Origin: Oscillospiraceae bacterium
Lineage (GTDB): Bacteria > Bacillota > Clostridia > Oscillospirales > CAG-272
DNA: 55,322 nucleotides
NCBI GenBank assembly: GCA_015064025.1
Contig: SVSZ01000003.1
Span: forward strand, 1-55,322
Direction: 5' to 3'
In this document: positions 45,977 through 53,756 of the stretch, piece after piece
Numbering within the stretch: position 1 is the stretch's first letter
How the letters are laid out: every line of letters begins with the position of its first letter
Made by a program: the position numbers and the translations under genes
The notes under the pieces: generated by a model
Told to the model about the DNA's origin: nothing
Seen by the model: only the letters and a program-made list of their open reading frames with translations
Databases searched by the model: none

Positions 45977-47376
45977 TCGCACAAAAAAAGAAGCTTTTAT
46001 TCGTATCCTTATTTTTCCTTGCTTTTATGGTCCTGTTTTTGATTTTAAACATTGACAGGTTCAATTCGTGGCTGAACCTGGTGGGTTACGTGCTCAGACC
46101 CGTCATCATCGGACTTGTACTTGCGTTCCTTTGTAATCCAATCTTCCGTGCCTTTGAGCGAAAGATCTTTTTCAACGTGCGTCCGCAAAAGCTGCGCCGA
46201 GTCCTCTCCCTGGTGGTAACCTATCTCATTCTCTTTTTGATCCTTTTCACGTTAATTATGCTGATCGTACCGCAATTGATCGAGAGTATTCTTGATTTCT
46301 TGAATAGCTACGACTCCTATCTTGCAAATGCGCTTGTCAACGTGAATGATCTGATCACCTTTATCAACAACAGCCTTTCCACCAGCATTCCCCTTTTGGA
46401 ATACGAGGAGATCAACACCTCTATCGCCGAATTTCTTGCAGGCTTGGATCTTCAGAACTTTCTCGACAGTCTTTTGAGTTATACGAACATCACCACGGCG
46501 CTTGCAATTCTCGGAGACGTGCTTCTTGTCCTGATCGATATTATCTTCGGCATTTTCATTTCCATTTATCTTCTGTACTCGAAGGAAAGACGCTACGCGC
46601 AGATTATGCGTCTCCGTCGCGCGCTCTTCGACGATCGCACCAATACGCGGATCACCAATATTTGTACAGTAGCCGACAAGTCCTTCGGCGGCTTCCTTCG
46701 CGGAAAGCTCCTGGATTCCACCATCGTCGGCATCCTCGTTTATATCATCATTTCGATCATGCAGGTTCCTTATGCAGTTCTGATCGCAGTTATCATCGGT
46801 ATCACGGACATCGTCCCCATCATAGGCCCGTTTATCGGCGTCATACCGACTGCGGTGATCATTCTTCTGACCGATCCTATCAAGGTCATCCCCTTCCTTC
46901 TCTGCATTTTGATCGTGCAACAGATCGATGGAAACATTATAGCTCCAAAAATTCTCGGAGAAAACACGGGAGTCAGTTCTCTGTGTGTAATGATTGCCAT
47001 CACCGTGATGGGATCCCTGTGGGGGCTTGTCGGTATGGTTGTGGGTGTTCCGCTCTTTGCGACCGTCCTTGACCTCACAAGCAACTATCTCAACGCACGG
47101 TTGAAGGAAAAGAATCTCCCTACGGAAACGGATAGCTATTATGACGCACAATCCGAGGAAAAAATATCTCCCGAAAGAAAAAAGCGTCCGCAAAGAAAGC
47201 GCGTGGCATCCGGGGCACGTCACAAGGCAGGATTGCGTGCGGGAAGCGAGGTCGATCAGGCTCGTCTTTATCTCCTCGCACAAAAGCACGGTCTTCTGGA
47301 TTCTCCTACCAAGGAAAACCTTTCCAAATTCAGAGAGGAATATTCCTCTCTGAGATCGATGACTCCTCGTCACTAA
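45973..47376 (+). CDS. AI-2E family transporter (UPF0118/PerM), paralog 2
   Basis: Same architecture and motifs (ITDIVPIIGPFIGVIPT...NIIAPKILGENTGVSSL). ATGA overlap with paralog 1. Confidence 0.8.
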   Translation: MIAQKKKLLFVSLFFLAFMVLFLILNIDRFNSWLNLVGYVLRPVIIGLVLAFLCNPIFRAFERKIFFNVRPQKLRRVLSLVVTYLILFLILFTLIMLIVPQLIESILDFLNSYDSYLANALVNVNDLITFINNSLSTSIPLLEYEEINTSIAEFLAGLDLQNFLDSLLSYTNITTALAILGDVLLVLIDIIFGIFISIYLLYSKERRYAQIMRLRRALFDDRTNTRITNICTVADKSFGGFLRGKLLDSTIVGILVYIIISIMQVPYAVLIAVIIGITDIVPIIGPFIGVIPTAVIILLTDPIKVIPFLLCILIVQQIDGNIIAPKILGENTGVSSLCVMIAITVMGSLWGLVGMVVGVPLFATVLDLTSNYLNARLKEKNLPTETDSYYDAQSEEKISPERKKRPQRKRVASGARHKAGLRAGSEVDQARLYLLAQKHGLLDSPTKENLSKFREEYSSLRSMTPRH

Positions 47377-47422
47377 AAGTTCAAGCAAGTTCAACATTTT
47401 TCCAAACCGGAGGCATAAAGCA

Positions 47423-49276
47423 ATGAACAGTAACGCAATCAACAAGAAGGGCGGAATCTCCGTTGAAACCGCACACATTTTTCCCGTAATCAAAAAATGG
47501 CTCTATTCTGAAAAAGATATTTTCCTTCGCGAAATCGTATCCAATGCTTGCGACGCAGTAACGAAGCTGAAAAGACTTGCTTCCCTTGGACAGTACGACG
47601 AAGGCGACGAATCTTATCGCGTCGAGGTCCTTCTTGATAAAGACGCAAAAACGCTCACCGTTAGCGATAACGGCATTGGTATGACGATGGATGAGCTTGA
47701 TCGCTATATTTGCCAAATCGCACTTTCCGGCGCGCTTGAATTTGTAGAAAAATATGAGGGTGACAACAAAAACAACGGTATTATCGGTCACTTCGGTCTT
47801 GGCTTCTATTCTGCCTTTATGGTAAGCGATTCTGTGGAGCTGATCACCCGTTCTTATACAGGAACGCCGGCGATCCGTTGGGTATGCGATACCGAGGGAC
47901 AATATGAAGTAAGCGATGGCGAGCGAGAAGAACACGGCACTACGGTCATTATGCACGTCTCGGACGAGGAGATCTCTTATCTTGAGGAATCCAAGATTCG
48001 TGAAATTCTGGATAAATACTGCGCCTTTATGCCTGTAGAGATCTACTTCAAGAACGAGGATGCGGAGCCCGAAGGAACGAACGATGGAGCGGAGACCGAG
48101 CTCAAGCCCGTAAACGACACCGTGCCGCTCTGGCTCAAAAACCCCTCCGATTGCACTGCGGAGGAATATAAGGAATTTTACAGAAAGGTATTCCACGATT
48201 ATCGCGAGCCGCTTTTCTGGATTCACGTCAACGCAGATTATCCGCTCAATTTCCGAGGCATTCTCTACTTCCCCAAGCTGACGAACGAGTATGAATCCAT
48301 TGAAGGACAGGTCAAGCTGTATTATAATCAGGTCTTTGTTGCCGACAACATCAAAGAGGTGATCCCCGAGTATCTTTTGATGCTTAAGGGTGTTCTCGAC
48401 TGTCCCGAATTACCCTTGAACGTTTCCCGCAGTTATCTGCAAAACAACACCTACGTTTCCAAGGTTTCCGCCCACATCGTCAAGAAGGTAGCGGACAAGC
48501 TCAATAGCCTTTGCAACGTATCTCGCGAGGAGTATGAACAGGTTTGGAACGATATCCGTACCTTCGTCGAGTATGCTTGTATGCGCGACCGTAAGTTTTA
48601 CGACCGCGTCAAGGATTCTATGCTCCTTGAATTGACCGACGGGACCTTCCTGACGCTTCCCGACTATCTTGCAGCCGCAAAGGATTCTCACGAAAACACC
48701 GTATACTACGCCTCCGACAAGGCTGCGCAAGCACAGTATATTTCAATGTTCGAGGGAGAGAACGTACAAGTAGCGCTCTTCGAGAAGCCTCTGGATACGC
48801 AATTCCTCTCAACCCTGGAGATGTATTCTCCCGACACAAAATATCTGCGAATCGATGCCGACATCGCAAATGCGCTGAAGTCCTCGGACGTAAGTATTGC
48901 CAACGATGCGCTGGCAGATCTTTTCAAAAAGGCTTCAGGCAACGAAAGTCTGAAGGTCGAGTTTGCGGTATTGAAGTCAGAGGATATTCCTGTTCTTCTC
49001 ACGATTTCCGAGGAATCCCGTCGAATGGAAGAAATGATGCGTATGTATTCGATGAGCGGAATGAACGTAGGCGCTTCTTTCCCGATGGAAGCAACGCTCA
49101 CGGTAAACACCGCATCCCCTCTGATTGCACGGCTGGAGGAAATGCCCGAAGAAACCAAGGAAAGAGCGGTGTCCTATCTGTATCAGCTCTCCCTGCTTTC
49201 GCAAAGAAAGCTCAATGCTGAGGAGCTGCAAAAATTCCTCTCTGACGGCTATGCGATCCTCTCGCTTCTTTCATGA
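47423..49276 (+). CDS. htpG: Molecular chaperone HtpG (Hsp90)
   Basis: YSEKDIFLREIVSNACDA, DNGIGMT, GHFGLGFYSAFMV and LNVSRS.LQ motifs. Confidence 0.95.
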   Translation: MNSNAINKKGGISVETAHIFPVIKKWLYSEKDIFLREIVSNACDAVTKLKRLASLGQYDEGDESYRVEVLLDKDAKTLTVSDNGIGMTMDELDRYICQIALSGALEFVEKYEGDNKNNGIIGHFGLGFYSAFMVSDSVELITRSYTGTPAIRWVCDTEGQYEVSDGEREEHGTTVIMHVSDEEISYLEESKIREILDKYCAFMPVEIYFKNEDAEPEGTNDGAETELKPVNDTVPLWLKNPSDCTAEEYKEFYRKVFHDYREPLFWIHVNADYPLNFRGILYFPKLTNEYESIEGQVKLYYNQVFVADNIKEVIPEYLLMLKGVLDCPELPLNVSRSYLQNNTYVSKVSAHIVKKVADKLNSLCNVSREEYEQVWNDIRTFVEYACMRDRKFYDRVKDSMLLELTDGTFLTLPDYLAAAKDSHENTVYYASDKAAQAQYISMFEGENVQVALFEKPLDTQFLSTLEMYSPDTKYLRIDADIANALKSSDVSIANDALADLFKKASGNESLKVEFAVLKSEDIPVLLTISEESRRMEEMMRMYSMSGMNVGASFPMEATLTVNTASPLIARLEEMPEETKERAVSYLYQLSLLSQRKLNAEELQKFLSDGYAILSLLS

Positions 49277-50223
49277 AAGACTTTTTAGAATATTCTCCCG
49301 AGGACGTTATTCTTGCAAATTTGAGAGAAAGCTCCAAACGCAACGATATGCTGATGGAGCAGGAGCTTGCACACCTTCGTGAGCTGGCAAACGAAATTCT
49401 CTCCGTGGGGGATCTGCAGGAAATCCTCCTTTCCCTCCCCGACCGTCGCCCGCCCGCTGTTGAGCCGTACGACGATGCACTTGAGCAAAACAAGCTTCCG
49501 CTTTCCGCATTGCACAGATTCACGAGAGCACAACGTTCCATGCTGCTTTCCTCAATGCTGGGAGATTTGTTGGTTTCAAGGAAGAATTTGTCCCTCGATG
49601 CATTTTTTTCGGACGCGGAGCAACGCGAAAAATCAGAATTCATCCGCGTTGCGTATCCGAAAAGCGGATATGCGGACTCTGCATATCTTTCCTTTTCTTC
49701 ACTCGTGAACGACGCACACGTAGTTTATACGCACAGCTTCATTTCAGCCTGTGAAGAGGTTTATAACGGTCTGTGCGATTATTGTATCCTTCCACTCGAA
49801 AACTCCACCGAGGGAATGTTGGCGGGATTTCTGCGTCTGATCGTTCGTTACGACCTCAAAATCGCGGCGACCTGTGAGATCACAAGTCGCGAAGATTTGA
49901 AAACGACCCGATTTGCCCTTTTGCGAAAGGAATTGCTTCCCTTGTCGGAGCCTGATGGATCCGAGCTGTTTTTCACGATGCTGCTCCCCGTTCCGGACGA
50001 GCTTTCTCACGTTTTGGGTGCCGCAACCTTTTTTGAGCATTCACCTCGCACGATATTCTTTTTGCCAAACGATGCGGAAAAAGGGATCGGGGGCGTCTAT
50101 TTAACCTTTTCGCTGCAACCGAAGAATCTCTATTCATTTTTGTTATATCTTGCAATGGAGTTGCCCTATTATACTCCTATGGGATTTCATCCGAACATTT
50201 ATACACTCAAGAAAGGAAGATGA
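49273..50223 (+). CDS. Divergent prephenate-dehydratase (PDT) domain protein with an N-terminal extension of about 120 aa
   Basis: IRVAYPKSGYADSA, CDYCILPLENSTEGML and KTTRFALL resemble PDT motifs (VAY.G..G.FS, G..P.ENS.EG, TRF). The ACT-like tail is weakly recognisable. ATGA overlap with htpG. Confidence 0.5.
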   Translation: MKDFLEYSPEDVILANLRESSKRNDMLMEQELAHLRELANEILSVGDLQEILLSLPDRRPPAVEPYDDALEQNKLPLSALHRFTRAQRSMLLSSMLGDLLVSRKNLSLDAFFSDAEQREKSEFIRVAYPKSGYADSAYLSFSSLVNDAHVVYTHSFISACEEVYNGLCDYCILPLENSTEGMLAGFLRLIVRYDLKIAATCEITSREDLKTTRFALLRKELLPLSEPDGSELFFTMLLPVPDELSHVLGAATFFEHSPRTIFFLPNDAEKGIGGVYLTFSLQPKNLYSFLLYLAMELPYYTPMGFHPNIYTLKKGR

Positions 50224-50228
50224 GGATT

Positions 50229-50483
50229 ATGGAATACATCACCTATCAAACAAAAGGCGTTTGCTCCAGAAGCATTGATATCACGGTAGACAACGGTATC
50301 ATTGTCGAAGTCCGCTACCATGGAGGCTGTGCGGGAAACACGCAGGGGGTTGCCGCACTTATCAAGGGAATGAAAATTGAGGAAGCGATCGAGCGGTTGA
50401 GCGGTATCCGCTGCGGATTCAAATCCACCTCTTGCCCCGATCAGCTTGCAACAGCATTGCGTGAATATCTTGCGCAAAAATGA
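50229..50483 (+). CDS. TIGR03905 family TSCPD-domain protein
   Basis: 84 aa with ...GGCAGNTQGVAALIKG....I..L.GI.CG.K.TSCPDQLA. GAGGA RBS. Confidence 0.75.
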   Translation: MEYITYQTKGVCSRSIDITVDNGIIVEVRYHGGCAGNTQGVAALIKGMKIEEAIERLSGIRCGFKSTSCPDQLATALREYLAQK

Positions 50484-50533
50484 CATACTCTAACCTGATT
50501 GGATGAACATACTACACTAAATTGGAGGAAAAA

Positions 50534-52246
50534 ATGACCTATCTCGAAAATTATGAGAAGTGGTTAGCATCAAATGCGCTCTCCCGGGAGGAACGCGCAG
50601 AGCTTGCTTCCATTGCTTCTGACGAAAACGAAATCAAGCTTCGCTTTTCCTGCGGCTTATCCTTTGGCACCGCAGGTCTGCGAGGAACGATGAAAACAGG
50701 CTGGAATGCGATGAACCGACACACCGTTGCGCACGCGACGCAAGGTCTTGCTTCCCTGATCCTCAAGGAAGGAAGAGCTGCGGACGGCGTTGCGATCGCC
50801 TACGATAGCCGTCTCAATTCGCCGCTCTTTGCAAAGACCGCCGCCAGTGTGCTTGCCGCAAACGGTATTCAGGTATACCTGTTTGATGAGCTTCGTCCCA
50901 CACCCGAGCTTTCCTTTGCGCTTCGTGAGCTCAGATGCGTTGCGGGTATCAACATTACCGCATCTCACAACCCCAAGGAATATAACGGATATAAGGCGTA
51001 TTGGGAGGACGGTGCACAGCTTCCGCCGGAACACGCTGACACCGTTTCCGAAGCCATTGCGGCTTGCGATATTTTTGAGGACGTCAAGATCGCAGACTTT
51101 GATGCCTCCGTCCAAAACGGAATCATTCGTATCATTGGCACAGAGATTGATGAGAAGTATCTTGAAAACGTGGTTGATCAAGCGGTCAATCCCGATGCGG
51201 TCAAGGCTGTTGCCGACGAATTAAAGATCGTTTATACACCTTTGCACGGCACGGGACACAAGCTTGTTCCTGCGGTGATGCGTAAAATCGGATTGTCGCA
51301 TCTTTATACCGTTGATGAGCAGATGGTCATCGACGGAAATTTCCCCACGGTAAAAAAGCCGAATCCCGAATATTCTGACGTTTTCACGCTTGGAATCAAG
51401 CTCGCAAACGAGGTCGGATCCGATCTGATCGTGGCTACCGACCCCGATGCAGACCGCGTCGGCGTTATGACGCGCACCGCTGACGGTTCCTTTATGACGA
51501 TCACAGGAAACCAGATGGGTGCCTTGCTGGTTGACTATATCATTACCGCATATAAGGAAACGGACACGATGCCTCATCATCCTTACGTAGTAAAAAGCAT
51601 CGTCACAAGCGAGCTTTCCGCCAAGATCTGTGCAGCTAACAACGTCAAAATGCATAACGTTCTCACGGGCTTCAAATTCATCGGTGAGGTCATCAAAAAT
51701 TACGAAAAAACCGGAGACGGCACCTTCCTCTTTGGCTTTGAAGAAAGCTACGGGTATTTGAAGGGCACCTATGCGCGTGACAAGGATGCTGTCGTTGCAT
51801 CTATGCTGATCTGCGAAATGACCGCATTTTACAAAGCGCGCGGCATGACGCTCGCGGATGCACTCAACGCACTTTGGGAGAAGTACGGATACTGCTTTGA
51901 GACCAACGTTGAGATCTATATGGAAGGACTTGAAGGTCCTGCACGTATGGATGCTTTGATGAGCAAGCTTCGCAACGATCCTCCCGCAAGCTTTGGAGGC
52001 GTTGCCGTGAAAATGATCGGAGACTACAAGCTCGGCACCATCACGGAAAACGGGCAGACTCGTCCTACGGGACTCCCCTCCTCCAACGTCCTCTATTATC
52101 GCTTGGAGAACGGCGACGTCATCGTCGCTCGCCCCTCGGGAACTGAACCGAAGATCAAGTATTACTATATGCTGGAGGCAGCCGACAAAGCGGAGGCAGA
52201 AGATAAGCTTGCGCGCTATGCCGCAACGCTGGACAGTATTGCATAA
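50534..52246 (+). CDS. pgcA: Phospho-sugar mutase (phosphoglucomutase/phosphomannomutase, PgcA type)
   Basis: FGTAGLRG, the active-site loop ITASHNPKEYNGYK, Mg site TDPDADR, and GFEESYG. Confidence 0.9.
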   Translation: MTYLENYEKWLASNALSREERAELASIASDENEIKLRFSCGLSFGTAGLRGTMKTGWNAMNRHTVAHATQGLASLILKEGRAADGVAIAYDSRLNSPLFAKTAASVLAANGIQVYLFDELRPTPELSFALRELRCVAGINITASHNPKEYNGYKAYWEDGAQLPPEHADTVSEAIAACDIFEDVKIADFDASVQNGIIRIIGTEIDEKYLENVVDQAVNPDAVKAVADELKIVYTPLHGTGHKLVPAVMRKIGLSHLYTVDEQMVIDGNFPTVKKPNPEYSDVFTLGIKLANEVGSDLIVATDPDADRVGVMTRTADGSFMTITGNQMGALLVDYIITAYKETDTMPHHPYVVKSIVTSELSAKICAANNVKMHNVLTGFKFIGEVIKNYEKTGDGTFLFGFEESYGYLKGTYARDKDAVVASMLICEMTAFYKARGMTLADALNALWEKYGYCFETNVEIYMEGLEGPARMDALMSKLRNDPPASFGGVAVKMIGDYKLGTITENGQTRPTGLPSSNVLYYRLENGDVIVARPSGTEPKIKYYYMLEAADKAEAEDKLARYAATLDSIA

Positions 52247-52266
52247 CCAAACACCTACGTTTGATC

Positions 52267-52381
52267 AAGGGGCTGTCACATTTGACGAGACCGAAAAAGC
52301 CCGTGGCACAAAGAAAAAAGTCCCGCTCGCCGTCAAAAAACGACAAATGAGACAGTATAAGGTTGAATTTCTTCGAAATTC
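52267..52381 (+). repeat. Copy A of a structured intergenic repeat of about 115 nt (long imperfect hairpin plus a 7-bp GAATTTC/GAAATTC hairpin)
   Basis: Near-identical to 55207-55322, at an offset of 2940-2941. It begins 20 nt after the pgcA stop. Confidence 0.9.
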
Positions 52382-52490
52382 TCCAAATATTACGGGCTTT
52401 TTCTACCGCCGTTTCGGGGGCTCAACGTACCCTCGTACGCCTCACGCCCCCGAGAACGACGCTTCTCGCCTAAATCTGACTAGCCCCTTT

Positions 52491-52525
52491 GGGGGTGTCT
52501 CAAATTTTGCATTTGAGACACCCCC
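52491..52525. terminator. 15-bp perfect hairpin between convergent pgcA and the glycosyltransferase gene
   Basis: GGGGGTGTCTCAAAT tttgc ATTTGAGACACCCCC. It lies 8 nt from the GT stop and is followed by TCTGCTTTT on the plus strand. Confidence 0.6.
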
Positions 52526-52532
52526 TCTGCTT

Positions 52533-53639
52533 TTATAAGACGGAGTAATAAACCTCTCTTACCTGCTCTGCCATTCGCTCGGCTGTATAATAGCGTTCAA
52601 AGCGGTCGCGCGCCGCCTCGCGCATCTTTGTTTCCAAGTGTGGATCCTTCGCGATCCGACAGATTGCTTTGGCAAGTGCCTCTGCGTCATTGATGGGAAC
52701 GAGCACACCTGCCCGTCCATCACCGATCATTGCAGGATTTCCACCGTAATCGCTCGCAATCATCGGAAGTGAAGCACTCATTCCTTCGGAAAGTGCAAGA
52801 CAAGAGGTCTCCGTGCCAAAGGAACAGTTGACGTTGATGCGCATCAAGCGATAATACGGTGCCGTGTCCGATACGAACCCCGTAAAACGCACCTTGTCAG
52901 CAATACCAAGCATTTTTGCATAATCCTCGATCTCGCGTCGGAGACTACCGTCACCAACGATCAAAAAACGAAATTGTGTCGTTGGAGAAAGTCTTTCACA
53001 TAAATTTACACTCTCCAAAAAAGTCTTGTGTCCCTTGTATGGTTCTAAACGAGCGCAAATACCAACAATGAAATCTGTCGGGAAAAGCTTTAATTTTGTA
53101 CGCAACCGCTCAAGCTCCCGCTCGTCCACCTCGCGAATCGCACGGGAGCCATTGATAATCACGTCAATCTTTTGCTTTGGAAATCCAAAGGATTCCAAAT
53201 TTTCTTTTGCAGCATTCGCCGTTGCGATCGCGCGGTCGGAAAGCAAGCGATTAAAAGCGCCACCGAAGCCCCGTGCTACCGAGAGTCTCCAAATTCCCGA
53301 CGGCGGAAAACAGCAGTGACGCGTGTGTACGATACGTACACCGCAAAGACGCCCCGCAATTCTTGCGGCGAGAGCAGCATTGGCGTGTACGACGTCGATC
53401 TTCCGCTCCCGCATATGCCTACACAGTTCGAGCACGGACGAAACGCAAACGCGATCGCAAGGGTGTATCAAAGGAATGGTGGGAACGTTGATCTCCTCCA
53501 AGCGTGTACGAAGTAAGCTTTTTTCGGGAAGCGCAACGGTATGCTCGATCTGTGTATCATTCATACAAGAGAGCAGATTCAAAAGAAGAATTCCCGCGCC
53601 CCCAATATTCTCATCGCTGATTACGTGTAATACCTTCAT
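52533..53639 (-). CDS. Glycosyltransferase family 4 (GT-B fold)
   Basis: MKVLHVISDENIGGAG N-terminus and a C-terminal EGMSASLPMIASDYGG E(x7)E-type motif. GGGAGGAG RBS upstream of the ATG at 53639. Confidence 0.85.
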   Translation of the reverse strand: MKVLHVISDENIGGAGILLLNLLSCMNDTQIEHTVALPEKSLLRTRLEEINVPTIPLIHPCDRVCVSSVLELCRHMRERKIDVVHANAALAARIAGRLCGVRIVHTRHCCFPPSGIWRLSVARGFGGAFNRLLSDRAIATANAAKENLESFGFPKQKIDVIINGSRAIREVDERELERLRTKLKLFPTDFIVGICARLEPYKGHKTFLESVNLCERLSPTTQFRFLIVGDGSLRREIEDYAKMLGIADKVRFTGFVSDTAPYYRLMRINVNCSFGTETSCLALSEGMSASLPMIASDYGGNPAMIGDGRAGVLVPINDAEALAKAICRIAKDPHLETKMREAARDRFERYYTAERMAEQVREVYYSVL

Positions 53640-53687
53640 ATATCTCCTCCCAACCAAAAAAGATATCGAAAAATCTGTATTAGTATC

Positions 53688-53716
53688 TTGCATTTTGCAG
53701 ATAATTATGGTATAAT
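53688..53716 (+). promoter_or_regulatory. Sigma-A promoter: TTGCAT, 17 nt spacer, TATAAT (TG-extended)
   Basis: TTGCAT at 53688-53693, tgGTATAAT at 53709-53716, upstream of the transporter gene. Confidence 0.55.
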
Positions 53717-53756
53717 ACTACAATCTGATGAAATCCACTTTTTGGAAGGAACTCTT

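Noticed and set aside
52267-52381. Integron attC-like cassette boundary. The element is an imperfect palindrome just downstream of ORFs and contains GTTGAAT, which fits the GTTRRRY core.
   Set aside because: No inverse core (RYYYAAC) is found at the 5' end. No integron integrase or attI lies in the window. The bracketed genes are divergently oriented with their own promoters, unlike promoterless co-oriented cassettes.
52209-52538. A 109-aa ORF running from the end of pgcA through repeat copy A and the hairpin stack.
   Set aside because: The second copy of the repeat (55207-55322) carries a 1-nt insertion that would shift this frame. The substitutions between copies fit base-pair conservation, not codon conservation. 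No RBS is present.
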